64,000 nucleotides of DNA from the human T2T-CHM13v2.0 reference genome, Homo sapiens. The stretch lies in the NCBI RefSeq assembly GCF_009914755.1, contig NC_060926.1. One strand, 5' to 3'. Below, one piece after another: positions 28,201 through 47,558 of this stretch (within the stretch, counting starts at the first letter, position 1; every line of letters begins with the position of its first letter). A program made the translations under genes and the position numbers. The notes beneath the pieces were generated by a model. It was not told the origin of the DNA and did not search any database. It worked only from the letters and a program-made list of their open reading frames with translations.

Positions 28201-29829
28201 AATATGGGATCTGTCTTTAGGATAAAAGCAATTCCTGAGTACCTATCAGTCCGGGAAAGATGGTTAGCTAATTACAAATCTACCTACCCATCTTCGTTGT
28301 AAGGCTATTACGAAGTTGGTTTGTGAAATGCCCTGCTGATGTCATCAAATACTTTCTATAAAGTAAATAGATACAGTGTATATGCATGTTTGAGGCTTAC
28401 AGGTATACTAGGCATTTTGTGTTTAAAAAAAGTTTTATTTAAGTAACTTTATGGGGTTGTTTTACTTTTGACGTTTTACAGCTGAGGACACTGACGCCCA
28501 CAGCACTCAAGTGACTGTTCCAGGTCAAATAGCTGGTAAGTGATCCAGCCCCACCCTATCCACTAACCTAGCAGCTCTGTTACAAAGGATGCTGAGGTTG
28601 CTTTGACATGTCATGACATGTGCACTGTTGGATATGCTGGCTTCCAGACAGCAGCACATTCATTTTAAGGACTGTACAAATTATCTGCTTAAGAATACAC
28701 TCTGAAATGTGGTCAGTGATTTTTCTCTTCTTTTCCTTGTCACTGTCATCTGTGCATTTACAAGAAAAGAGCTATATTCATCTTGTACTCTCTAGCACCC
28801 AGCACATTGCTTACAGTGTTTCTTTCGAAAAACAAAATTAAGCAGTAGAATCCTTTTGAAAATAAAATTTACCCGAAATACAAATATATAAAACAAATAA
28901 AGGCACAGCTTATTTGGCAAAAGAGGTAAGGAAAACCATGAGGGGAGTGCAGCTTCATTATCTCTCCATATCTGTCCCTCCCTCCCACCACTTTTCCCCA
29001 AACCCCACCAAACTTTCACTATCACCTGAGAAAATTCTGAGAGTCCTAATGATCCTTTGGAAGAAAATCTGAAAACCAGTCGTTATAGGGGAATATATTG
29101 GATGGTGGTGATGATGAAGATGATGACAATAATAACAACTAGCATTTACTGAATGCTTACCATAAGGCTAATATAGAAACCCCTTACTAACACATTTTTG
29201 ATAGGTTCCCCATTGGACATAACAGGTTTACACAAACTAGTGTATTAGATAACTGGCTGCCATTTTGTTAGTAGATGGAGACGTGGGGAATACAATGCTA
29301 TGTAAAACTGGAGGCCGGGGGCCACTGGAGCACAAGAGGGAGGATCGCCATGTGAAACTGACTCAAAGGACAGTGAGTATCTGTTCATCTGTTCATGCAT
29401 TCATGCAACAAATAATTCTGGAGTGCCTTCTAGGTGCCCTGCATAGAGCTTACCTTCTAATAGAACATCTGAGGTGCAGCAAGAGGAAAAGGAGAATGAA
29501 ATGTATCACAGACCAACTCTATTTACATAACAATTTTTAGAATTCTAGCCACACTGCTACAGTAAAAACTGGTTAGTGAGGGCTACAGTAATTTTTCTAA
29601 GTTCCCTTAGTTGTAAGGACATCATTATCAGTAAATGGTATTTATAGCTACCAAAATTAAAATAAAATAAAATAAAACAAAATAAAATAAAACCTTGAAA
29701 TGCTGATACTCAATTTGTAGAAACAATTTAGAAATGGTAATCTGAAGGAAAATATCAAAAATTCAAATTTTGTCACTGTCCAAAAATTCTATTAATATAC
29801 AGTTAGGTCTTATTAAAACTACATAATAG

Positions 29830-30129
29830 GGCCAGGCAGGGTGGCTCACACCTGTAATCCCAGCACTTTGGGAGGTGGAGGTGGGTGGATCACTTGAGGT
29901 CAGGAGCTCAAGAGCAGCCTGGCCAACATGGCAAAACCCTGTCTCTACTAAAAATTAAAAAATTAGCCAGGTGTGGTGGTGCACACCTGTAATCCCAGTG
30001 ACTCAGGAGGCTGAGGCACGAGAAATGCTTGAACCTGGGAAGCAGGGGTTGCAGTGAGCCAAGACAGCACCACTGCACTCCAGTCTGGGCAACAGAGCAA
30101 GACTCCATCTCAAAAAATAAATAAATAAA
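29830..30129 (+). mobile_element. AluS (Sx/Sz-like), whose A-tail is the target of the L1PA insertion
   Basis: Complete dimer; its TSD TAAAACTACATAATAG (29814-29829) recurs only after the L1 at 36593-36608. Confidence 0.95.
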
Positions 30130-31171
30130 GCCGGGGGAGGGGCGGTGGCGGTTCCAAGATGGCCAAATAGGAATAGGTCCAGTCTACAGCTCCCAGCGTG
30201 AGCAATGCAGAAGATGGGTGATTTCTGCATTTCCAACTGAGGTACTGGGTTCATCTAACTGGGGCTTGTCGGACAGTGGGGGCAGAACAGTGGGTGCAGC
30301 CCACCAAGCATGAGCCGAAGCAGGGCGAGGCATCCCCTCACCTGGGAAGTGCAAGGGGTCAGGGAATTCCCTTTCCTAGCCAAGGGAAGCGGTGATGGAT
30401 GGCACCTGGAAAATCGGGTCACTCCCACCCTAACGCTGCACTTTTCCAAAGGTCTTAGCAAACGGCACACCAGGAGATTATATCCTGCGCCTGGCTTGGA
30501 GGGTCCCACGCTCACGGAGCCTTGCTCATTGCTAGCACAGCAGTCTGAGATCAAACTGTAAGGTGGCAGTGAGGCTGGGGGAGGGGCGCCCACAATTGCT
30601 GAGGCTTGACAAGGTAAACAAAGCAGCCAGGAAGCTCGAACTGGGTGGAGCCCAAGGCAGCTCAAGGAGGCCTGCCTGCCTCTGTAGACTCCACCTCTGG
30701 GGGCAGGGCATAGCCAAACAAAAGGCAGAAGAAACCTCTGCAGACATAAATGTCCCTGTCTAACAGCTTTGAAGAGAGTAGTGGTTCTCCAACCATGGAG
30801 TTTGAGATCTGAGAACGGACAGACTGCCTCCTCAAGTGGGTCCCTGATCCCCGAGTAGCCTAACTGGGAGGCACCCCCCAGTAGGGGCAGACTGACACCT
30901 CACATGGCCAGGTAACCCTCTGAGACGAAGCTTCCAGGGGAACGATCAGGCAGCAACCTTTGCTGTTCAGCAATATTCGCTGCTCTGCAGCCTCCACTGC
31001 TGATACCAAGGCAAACAGGGTCTGGAGTGGACCTCCAGCAAACTCCAACCGACCTGCAGCTGAGGGTCCTGACTGTTAGAAGGAAAACTAACAAACAGAA
31101 AGGACATCCACAGCAAAACACCACCTGTACATTACCATCATCAAAGATCGAAGGTAGATAAAACCACAGAG
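30130..31171 (+). promoter_or_regulatory. L1 5' UTR internal promoter region (YY1 site at 30155-30164), with antisense promoter region
   Basis: YY1 motif CAAGATGGCC at the canonical position; GC-rich and partly CpG-decayed; current activity unknown. Confidence 0.8.
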
Positions 31172-32186
31172 ATGGGAAAAACAGAGCAGAAAAGCTGAAA
31201 ATTCTAAAAATCAGAGCGCCTCTCCCCCTCCAAAGGAACGCAGCTCCTCGCCAGCAACAGAGCAAAGCTGGACGGAGAATGACTTTGAAGAGCTGAGAGA
31301 AGAAGGCTTCAGATGATCAAACTTCTCCGAGCTAAAGGAGGAAGTTCAAACCCATTGCAAAGAAGCTAAAAACTTGAAAAAAGATTAGACGAATGGCTAA
31401 CTAGAATAACCAGTGTAGAGAAGTCCTTAAATGACCTGATGCAGCTAAAAACCATGGCACGAGAACTACGTGATGAATGCACACGTTTCAGTAGCCGATT
31501 CAATCAACTGGAAGAAAGGGTATCAGTGATTGAAGATCAAATGAATGAAATGAAGAGAGAAGAGAAGTTCAGAGAAAAATGAATCAAAAGAAATGAGCAA
31601 AGCCTCCAAGAAATATAAGACTATGTGAAAAGACCAAATCGACATCTGATTGGTGTACCTGGAAGTGACAGGGAGAATGGAACCAAGTTGGAAAACACTC
31701 TGCAGGATATTATCCAGGAGAACTTCCCCAATCTAGCAAGACAGGGCAACATTCAAATTCAGGAAATATAGAGAATGCCACAAAGATACTCCTCGAGAAG
31801 AGTAACTCCAAGACACATAATTGTCAGATTCACCAAAGTTGAAATGAAGGAAAAAATGTTAAGGGCAGCCAGAGAGAAAGGTCAGGTTAACCACAAAGGG
31901 AAGCCCATTAGACTAACAGTGAATCTCTTGGCAGAAACTCTACAATCCAGAAGAGAGTGGGGGGCCAATATTCAACATTTTTAAAGAAAATAATTTTCAA
32001 CCCAGAATTTCATATCCAGCCAAACTAAGCTTCATAAGTGAAGGAGAAATAAAATCCTTTACAGACAAGCAAATGCTGAGAGATTTTGTCACCACCAGGC
32101 CTGCCCTAAAAGAGCTCCTGAAGGAAGCACTATACATGGAAAGGAACAACCGGTATCAGCCACTGCAAAAACATGCCAAATTGTAA
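31172..32186 (+). pseudogene. L1 ORF1p remnant (frameshifts and stops)
   Basis: ATGGGAAAAACAGAGC start, RHIIVRFTKVEMKEKMLRAAREKG in the ORF track, ends gccaaattgtaa. Confidence 0.93.
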
Positions 32187-32222
32187 AGACCATCGATGCT
32201 AGGAAGAAACTGCATCAACTAA

Positions 32223-36358
<4,136 letters not shown>

Positions 36359-38239
36359 ACAATGAGAACACTTGGACACAGGAAGGGGAACATCACACAA
36401 TGGGGCCTGTCATAGGGTGAGGGGAGGGGGGAAGGATAGCATTAGGAGATATACCTAATGTAAATGGCGAGTTAATAGGTGCAGCACACCAACATGGCAC
36501 ATGTATACATATGTAACAAACCTGCACGTTGTGCACATGCACCCTAGAACTTAAAGTGTTATAAAAAATAAAAAATAAATAAATAAATAATATAAAACTA
36601 CATAATAGGACTGTCCCAATATTCATGGACTTGTTCTCCTATATTCAGTTTCCTAATAAGGAAGGACTATTCTTCTCCACATAACAGAAGAGAAAAATCG
36701 ACCCCCCCCCAAAAAAAAAAAACCTTGTGCAAATATATAATGAAATCTTACATTACGAAATTATGTAGCACTTTTAAACTCTTTGCAACTTATTTCCATT
36801 CAAAACCATCATGTAAGGCAGCAGGAGTGATATCATCTTTCCCATCTTACTTAGATGAAGTAGGGACACTTGCCTGCAGTCTCCCTCTGGCACCTGATCT
36901 TAAGTCTCTGATTCTCACATCAGGGCCTTTCCAGTGCACTCGCATTATTGTGAATACAATTGCTTGGATTCCTAGGGGAACTATTTCCTACATTAAGAAA
37001 ATTCCCTAAAATTCCCAGTTGTCTTTTGACTCTATTAATATAGGAAAAGTGCAAAAAATCCAAAGAAAATCAGCCAAGAGCAGTTTCTTCACCCTACTGT
37101 GTTATGTACCAAATTGATTCTTGGCATAAATTTGCACCCTCTATGGCCTGGCTCATCTACAGCTTCGTACTGAGAGCCTGTCATACCCAAAACCACGGCA
37201 GGCCCATGGAGAGCCCAAGTGAGATATATCTGTGAAGTGAATAAGGTAAGAAGGTAGGCTTTGATTCCCACATCTAGAGCATGTCCATGAGAAGCCCTGG
37301 CTATAACCATCCTAACTGCTGTTTCTTCCCCTGTACCCTTATTTCACCGGGTTCACACCTCTGGGGCCATTCCACCCAACAGGCCTTTTCCATGGATCTC
37401 TGGCTCCAACTCATTTCCAAATACAACTATAGCAGTAAATTGGGCTCTAAAACATAGGTAAGGTAGTGATAGCACTGATGTTCACATATGGATCTTTTGA
37501 GACCCCTTTCCTAGGACTGAATTTCCTTCTGACACAGACCTATGGGAACTCTGCTAGACTCCACTGGTCTGAACACTGACACTTGGAAGCCTTATAACTG
37601 CATCTGTCCAGCTTCAGACAGAGTGCCTGATCAGATGTGAGTTCCCTACATCTCCGGAAGCTGGTGATTCAGACTGCCAGACATTCTCTGGGCAGGCCAG
37701 CATTTGTTATCTTTAAATCTCTTTCTTGCTCTCTCTCCTGACTCTCTTCCAACATTAAGAGTTCTCAGCATGTTATACAGTTGGATCCCTGCTATATAAT
37801 ACTGGACAGAGGAACCGCTCTTATATAGTTTCTATTAATTCTACTGGAATTCAGATGCTCGGCCTGCTTAAAAAACAATGAAATGTTTTCAAAATGATAA
37901 GTACCAATAAGCAAAATAATCATGATGGATATCTTCTAAACTACCCAAATATTCATCACTAAGGAGTGAAGTATTTTACTCGGGTTTGTTAATACACTTT
38001 CCATCTTAAAGAGGTCAACACATGAAAAGCTTACTATTTGTCAATTATGTTTAAATGAAGAATAACCTAATTGGTTCTTTATTCCTAGAAAGTATTACAT
38101 TGGTATAATATTGCACTAGGTTGAAAAGAATAATCCCTAGGATTCTTGCACAAAGCTTTCCAGTTCAAAATAGTTAAGCAATTTAACAAATGACACAAAA
38201 TATCTAGAAAGTCTGCTATATTTTGAGACACAAGTACCA

Positions 38240-39792
38240 AGAGCTCCAACTACAGAATCTAACTGAGGGAAATAATACAGATGTACTTGTCTCTCTTTCT
38301 CCCACTAAGTAACAACGAAAAACACTGGACATTATCTATAAAAATCAAACATGAGAAAATTCTAATAAGTGGAGACAAGAAGGCAGATTAGCTAGAGAAC
38401 TTTGAACCTAAGGAATGATACAGTAATTAGTTCCCTGGCTTTCTTTCTGACTGATACAGCCCAGGCTGGATATTAAAGAAGTCAGCAACCTGGAAACATC
38501 AATGGGCAAAGCCAAAGAACAGCCCCTAGAAAAATCTATTCTCTCTAGCCAAAGGACAAGCAAAGGGATGGTAACAGCAAGACAGAAAGCTTTAGTTATT
38601 ATCTAAACACTTCTACTCTGCCCAACACCATGGCGAAAACCACGCCCTAACCCTTCCAGCAAAGGCCTAAGCAGAGAACCTAGATTTCCAGCTTTGCCGT
38701 GCTGTATCAAGGTATTTCTCCACCCCCACCAGTGCCAAAGAAGGCACAGACTGAGAACTGGGACTTCCATTCCAACCAGGCAGTAATGAGGTATCCCTCC
38801 CTTTTTCCAGTGGGCGATGTCAGAGAGGACTTAATGGAGAGTTGAGACTTTTACCATAGCTCAGTGGTAATAAGTTCCCAAGGAGCCAACCCCTTGACTC
38901 TGGTCAGTAAAGGCCTACAGAAGAACTCAGACGTCCACCCCCATCTCACAATAATAAGGCAGCACCCCCTTCACACATCAGAGCAATACATATCAAAGGA
39001 GGCCTGTAAAAAAACCCTCAAAACCCAAGATTTAAGTAGGATCCAGAGTCTCATAACATAAGATCCCAAATGTCCAGATTTCAATAGACAATCACTCATC
39101 ATACGAAGAACCACAATACCAAACTGAATTAGAAAAGGCAATCGACAGATGCCAACTAAGATTACCTAGATGAGAGAATCACAACGAATTCAAGCAGCCA
39201 ACATAAAATGATTCAAGAAATAAACATATCTGAAACAAGTGAAACAGAAAGTTTCAGAAAAAAAGAGGGAAAAAAAATAAGAAAGGATAAGTAAAGACAA
39301 ACCAAATAGAAATTTTAGAACTAAAAAGTAGAATATACACAATGAATGAGCTCAACTGTAGAATGGAGGAGATAACAAAAAGAATCGGTGACCCTGAACA
39401 GAGAACAAGAAAAATTAGCCAATTTGAACAACAGTGGAAAAAAAAAAAGATGGGGGAAAAATGACCAATGTTTCAGAAATGTATGGGACTATAACAAAAG
39501 CTCTAACATTTGTGTCATTACACTCCCAGAAGAACAGAAGAAGGTGATGATGAAAAAATATTCAAAGAAATGCTGGCTGAAAATTTCCCAAATTTGGCAA
39601 AAGCCAAGATCTGTAGATTGAAGAAACTGAGAAAACTCTAAACCAGGTAAATCCCCCAGAATCCATGCCAACACACATCATATTCAGACTTCTGAAAACT
39701 AAAGACAGAAAAATTCTTGAAAGCAGGCAGAGACAAGATTTATTAACTGCAGAGAGGAAAACAGTTTGAACAGTGGATTTCTCATCAGAATC
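38240..39792 (+). mobile_element. Old L1M 5' region with ORF1 remnant
   Basis: Decayed ORF1 motifs (VWDYNKSSNICVITLPE, gctgaaaatttcccaaatttggcaaaag, acagtggatttctcatcagaa) after an L1M-type 5' UTR. Confidence 0.8.
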
Positions 39793-40707
39793 TGTTTGCC
39801 TTTTTCATTGCCTTAATAATTTCTAAAGCACCTCTGTCTGCACTTCATTCAAAATTTTATCTGCCTCACTTTTTCTTTAAATAAAAATCTAGGTAAATAG
39901 TAGACCACAACACATAGTTCTCACCTATGTTTTAAATTGAAAAACATCAATGTGGAGTAGTATTTTCAAAGATGAGTGCCCCTAAAGTGTTAATGTTCTT
40001 CTCTACTTGGGAGAGGGTTTCAGGCTTGGTGCCACAGGATTTGCCCTTTGTGGCTTCTCACATCCCAGACTTAGAAAATATGAGCTGTGATACAGAGAAA
40101 GGTAAGAAGCTCAGCAGAGCCCCTTAATGATAAATGAGTTTGCATCATCTGTCATTAGAACTTCCTGCCAACTGGGTCATTCCCTATTAAATTACCACTT
40201 GTCAATGTTTAAAATACTGATTGATAAATGACTGTGCCAAAACTGATAACACAACAGCTTTTATTTTCTAATAATCTTAGTTACTACAGCCTGCTTGTCA
40301 AGGCACAGACACCATACTTTTTTTCCGTTTTTAAACGACTTTACCAAAAGACAATTTAATCTAATGCAGTGCTATCAGGTATACTGTCTGGCCCCTTATA
40401 TGTCACATACATGCTGGCTCCACTTGCCAAAATAAACCTACTGGCGATTTAGTGATATGGGGTGCTCCAAGTTACACATTTCATCAAATGCTAGTAATCT
40501 GTTTTATCAATATAAACTGTAATTTAATGAAAAAATTCTTTTCTTCAGTACACTTCACTTTCAATGCCCTTGAGTATAATAATTTGCTCATGCTGTAGAA
40601 CAAGAGCGTGTTTTACAAGACCTTAACTCTCAGGAGAAATTTCCCTATAAATACAAAATTTGAGTTTTATGGGAGTGTGTTGTATGCACATGAGTAGTGC
40701 CCACACT

Positions 40708-40746
40708 ACAAAACAAAACAAAACAAAACAAAACAAAACAAAACAA
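40708..40746. repeat. (AAAAC)n microsatellite
   Basis: Direct reading, about 7 copies. Confidence 0.9.
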
Positions 40747-40968
40747 GAGGTTGCACTTAGATTTCAGCTTAAATATCCTTCTGAGATATTGTATAACGGA
40801 CTTGTTATTAGAACAAAGCTTAGATGAGCAACTAGAAGATAGGTTAATAAAATGGCATTTGTATCCCAGAGGTCTCTGAATCAAAATACACCAGAACATA
40901 CTGCAGGCATATGTTAAGGCAGAATCAATCATTGGAATTCACAGCAGTTTTAAAAATCTGAAAATTCA

Positions 40969-41289
<321 letters not shown>

Positions 41290-43844
41290 CTGAAATCTCT
41301 ACGGTGGTTGTCTCTTTCTTAGTGATTCAAAGTAAGAATGCTCTGGCTAAGTTTAAGCAAGGTTTTGTACAGCCAAAATTGCATACAAATTTATATGAAA
41401 GTTGGCCAATCTTGATTCTCTGTAAAACCATTCAAGGCTCCTCTTTCCTAGTGAGGTTGCCTCCCAAAAAATTAACTGTGGCATCATTTGTTTCTACTTC
41501 TTTCACACTTACTACTAAATGTAGGCAAGGGCCAGTTTGGCAGTTGGAAGAGTGATGATCCACCAGGACATCGCTCCCTGTGGTTTCACACACCTATGTT
41601 TTGGTCATTATCACTATTTTTGTTTTCTCCAAGCACTTTTTTGTTCATTCAAAGTGCTTGGTGGCAATGTCACTGGAAAAAATAATGAAAACAACAGAAA
41701 CATGGGACCAATAATTTCTTACCTGTGCCATTCCTTTCTGCAGCACTTTTGTCTTATTTGTCTTCTCTGTTATACACAGGTCATAACTGAGTGGCTATCA
41801 TGTCTTTCTCCAGGATTTGTGTGTTACAATACTACATGGTCAAAGTTGAGCAAAAGTTTAATAATAAATGCAAGCAAATGGTATTCAGAGAAATTCTTTC
41901 ACTAGAGATGGCAGGGCAAACTGCTCCAGGGCAGGGCAAAAGAAATCAGGAACTGCAGTAACTCACAGGCAGGGAGATAAAATGTATTACCCTGCAAGTC
42001 TGTTTCTTCTAGTTGCTACTACCAAGCAGGGAAGAGCAGAAATCTCCTGAGTAACTGTCCAGGGAGAGTGAGTAATAAGTTGTATGAGTAGTACGTTGAA
42101 TTAGTAAAATATATCCATGCAAAACACAGCTCTTTACATAAATATGTACACCATAACATTCTATGGTGTCAGCAATTTCTGCCAAGTGTTTTATCTACTA
42201 GTAAATTTAAAAAAAAATCTGTATTTGCTTATATATTAGTCAACCTTAACCCAGCAAGTAAGGCAAACTGTGAGTTGCCAAAATAAAGTTTCCATATGAG
42301 ATTTTTATGTGTGTGTTGGGGTGGGGGGGTGGGGGGGAGTAGATTTATGTGAGGGGTGTGTGTGTGTGCATGTGTGTGTGTGTGTGGTAGAAAACACATT
42401 TTTTAATCATCCTAATTCCACCATTCAGATGTAGTTCCAGATCATGGTTTGTTTCTACCCTTCTAAAAATGTTTTTCCATTAGTAAATTTATGTAATCTG
42501 TGCACATCTTAAAATGTGGGGCTTATTCACAGGCAATAGATTACAAAAATAGAACTCCCGTACACAATGCCTTCAAGGACCAGTGGACTGCCATACCCTA
42601 TGTCTATGAAGTGGGTTCAAATGAGCTAAAACAGAACCATTTCAGCTGTTCCACTCAACCTGAGAGAGAGAGCACATGCAAGAGAAATATACTCGAGCAA
42701 TCTACTCCTGATTTTTTGTATCTTCATATCACTGTAGATTGTGCATTTCTTCATAATTTTTAAATCCCTTTCATACAAATTACAATCCCATGAGGCTAAT
42801 AGGGAAAACATTATTGTTTCCGTTTTACAGATAAGAAAAGGGAGCCCAACTGTAGTTTAGAGCAGCGAGTCAGAACAAGAGCTCAGGTCTTACTTGAGAT
42901 TCAGGGCTGCCTTCAAAGTTTATTCCCAAATGGTCTATGCTATTGAGGGTCCTGGGTTTTTGGGGTTTTGTCACTCTAGGGACTACCAGCACACTCTAGA
43001 ATAGTTTTCAAGATCTCATGTGAAGCAGTCAGTGAGTAAATGTCAAAAAAGTGAAGCCTGGTGAATACCGGTCTCTATTTAAAAGAAGTTCTCCTATGGA
43101 CAGCACCCCGCATACCACCTGACAGTCAGTAATAAATGCCCATTCCTTCCTTCTATATATTTAACAGGTGAGCAGGGCCTACCTATCCTGACTCTCCAGC
43201 AAATGTTCTTCACTCCGATCTGCACTGTTTTCACGCTGACAGTAGATTAGCATTTTCCACTTTCATGTAATCAGCTAGCACCTGATCCACACAGCTCATA
43301 TCCTCTCCTTTTTTCAAATTCAACCTCACAGAAGCACCAAGTGAAATCATCAATACCTCATTTTTCCATTTCCACTTCCTCAGTCTGTCAACTCTAGCCA
43401 TTTCCTAGCTCTCTTATCTGTGAGTCCCTTTTCTTATTTTTTAATCTTCATAACTCAGCCCATATAACTCCTCTAGGAAAAAATTATAAAACATAAAAAC
43501 TTTCAGACTCCGAAATTAACACGGCAATGCATAATTTTCTAAGCACATTAAGTTTCTAACAATAATAAATAATTACATCATTAAATAGCATAAAATACTA
43601 AAGTTTGAGTGATAAACATTGTAATTCTTTTGCTAGTGTCTTGTTTGCCTTATGATAAATAACTGACTTTGACTTTTAAATAGGTCAGTGTGAGCTGAGT
43701 TTTTATTTGACAGGTTGATAAGTTAGTGTTTTCTGTGTAAAATGTGAGTTTCAAATGTCAATTTTCCATGCATATACATAAAATGTTAATGCATATATAA
43801 TGTGAAGTATTTTAAAGTACTTGAGATTTATCTAAAACCTATAG

Positions 43845-44195
<351 letters not shown>

Positions 44196-44623
44196 CTAAC
44201 AATCTGGTATTTCATATGACTTGAAATGTGTTATTGTCTTTCAACATTTGTATCAGCAAGTAGTATCAACTAATATTTTCTCATCTGTCTTCAACTCTGT
44301 AGCATGCTATAAAAATGCCATGGCATCTGAAAAGTTACAGTAAGCAACTACTACATCAATCAGTTCCCCTTATGAGTTCCACCTTAAAATTCAACTATGA
44401 ACTGTTGAATGTAAAGATTTATCCATATTCCAAAAAGCTAAGTATCTCTCTGGCTATTACCGAGATTAAAAACTAAAAATATTTTTAAAACACAGGATAT
44501 GTCTTATACCAGTTCCGGCTGTAAACAAACATTCATAAAAACACAAATATCAATTTTTCAAGTTTGGCAAAAACTATGCTCTATGATGTTGAATTTGCAT
44601 TAGCCATAGAAATACGGATTGTG

Positions 44624-45034
<411 letters not shown>

Positions 45035-47083
45035 TCACAGATTAATCCTTGCAATTATACACTAGGTAAGAATCTTAATGTTTAAATACAGGGCTGGTAA
45101 TGTCTGGGCAAGAGACCAGATAGATGAATAGTAGGAACTATGGGTTAGGTTTAGGGTTCAGGAAGAAAATTAATTCCTAATTAATGCAGGATTAATTCCC
45201 AGAGTTCATTTGTTTACATAACTACAAAGAATTAAAATTAAGAGGTATTGAGAGGCAGCAAGGAATTCAGATTACGTGAATCTGATTTCTAACTTTGCAC
45301 TAACCATGTGCACAAACCCTGAGATAGTCACACCCCAAGCTACTGCTATGAGGAACTATTGCCTTTCTAAAATACAAGTCAGGCCATGTCTTAGAGTATT
45401 CCCTGAGATGAAAATACCTTCCTGCTCCTGTTAGATAGGCAAAGGAACTCTTTTCCATCCTCCAAGGCACAGCTCCAATGTCGTCTTCTCTGCAATCCCT
45501 GTCCTAACTCTACTTCTGGTGTACCTCATACAGATTGTGCACATTACATGGTACAATGACCAGGGAAGCAAAACCAGAAGACTGGTGAAATGTGAAGGTT
45601 CTCCAATCCAAGGGCCAAGGCCAGAGGCCAGCCTTGCCATCTGACTGCCTGTAGGACCTCTGGCAAGGTGCTTAGGATTTCTACACTTTGGATTTTCTAC
45701 TGTAAAATAAGACAGAGTACCTGCTTCATGGGGCTGTCTCAAGAAACAAAGAAAATCACAAATATAAGGAGTCTACTGTCTAAAGCTGAGTGCTCTTGCT
45801 GTTCATACTCTTCTCTTCTTTTTTCTTCACTAGATCCTGTGCCTCTAGAATATAAGCACCCTGCGTTTGCCCATATTAAAAACAAAACAAAACAAAACAA
45901 AAAACAAAAAAAACTAACACCTGCCCTAGAAACTACAGTGTTAAAATATAAAATTAATTCATAAACTGAAGTGGTATTGAATAGTTTTAAAGGCAGTAAT
46001 GTGACAAAGTTACTGTTATTATATATCATTAGGATATTAGAGAGCAGAGATAGTGAAGGGTTGGAAAGAAGTCATGATAAATCTTCAGAAATTTTATGAA
46101 AGAATGCAAAAGAAAAAATATGAGATTTGTGGTATATAATAAATATCTATTGGGAATGCAATTCCAATTTCCCCTAGTATGAGATGATCTAAAAGTTGTG
46201 AAAAATATCTTAAGACTTTGCTGCCTTTCAACCTTCTTATGCACGTCACCTTTTCTATCTTCTGACCCACCTCACTTGCTGAGCCTTCCATACCTACTAC
46301 CATCATGCTAGCCTCTAGGTAGGTACTTAAAATCTGTAGTGCCTCACTCAAGTCCAACTGCCCCAATATCTGTATTACCCTTTACTCTAAACTCCCTCAC
46401 CTTCTGGGTTCCTGGGAAAGAACAAAAGATTTGGGGGTCAGAACATCCAAGTTATAGTTTTGGATCTAGAGGTTAATTCCTCATCTTTGTAAGATAACCA
46501 GAAGGAAATAACTATGAATAAATTATAAGCTAAAATTATATGATGGACATCTGCTTTTAAGAATATCTTTATGGATACATAAAGCTATGATGACAGTTAT
46601 GAATCTTCTCAAAAAGCACACACATTTACACACATTCCCACGAAATTTTATATATAATTTCAGGAGTTATCTGGCAACCTTCAACTATAAAAAGGGATTT
46701 CGGTAAGAACTGCTTCTTAACTGGTGACAGAACTTCAGGAAGTATTAGGGAGATGCTTGGAGGAGAGTTTGAAACTTCTGAGCTACCCCTTAAATCATAC
46801 CATTTCAAGAGCTGCCTAAACCGAAAACAAAACAAAACAAAAAAACAAACAAAACTGGCTCTGCCTTTTATTGATTATAATAGTGTTTCATCTTCGTTAC
46901 ATCCAAACCAACTCACTTTCTCTACATTTTCTGATACTACCTTGCCCTGTTTCAAAGGGTAACGGGATCAGCATCTCAGTAATAATAGTTTCCATATTTA
47001 AATATAACCATTGAAGACCATATTTTCTTTCCTTTCAATCATTTAAAGGGAACAGCTAAGACTCAGTGTAAGCTGTCTTTACC

Positions 47084-47558
47084 TGTTGTGCCAAACCCCT
47101 ATCAAGGCCAATGGGGATGGCACTATGTTCAAGGGGTTGAAGAAGAGACTCAGAGCCATTGAATGAGACATGGGGTTTTACCAGGGGCTTACATACAGAG
47201 GGGAGAGTCTAGGGATAGTGGACTGGGCAGGAGAAGCACTGGTCTGGTGGCGGCACACTGGTCAGGAGAATCACTACCCTCGCACAGTATGCAGTTTATA
47301 TAGCATTTTCATTTAGCATCTTCCCACTAACTACCTCCACCTGGCAAACTTCATTTAACCCAAGACAAAGGGCCTTGATCCCCTGTACATGAGGGACAGA
47401 CCAGGGGCTCAGATGTTCTTCACTGATAAGGAATGAATTTCTGGGTTGGCCACTCCCAGACTCCTTAGCTCAGAACGCTGAACACATTCAGTATGTCTGC
47501 CATACAGTCATTCTCAGGGTATGCTTAAGTTGTTGCTGTCAGGTGCATCTACCATACA
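47084..47558 (-). mobile_element. ERV solo LTR (resembles LTR47, ERVL)
   Basis: TG...CA termini, minus-strand start TGTATGGTAGATGCACCTGACAGCAA, TATA box GCTATATAAAC (about 47294-47304), 5-bp TSD ttacc/ctacc; family name from memory. Confidence 0.75.

Noticed and set aside
30532-30747. 71-aa antisense ORF with the same length as L1 ORF0
   Set aside because: It is a different frame; the ORF0 peptide (GAPPPASLPP) is in the 30255-30665 frame
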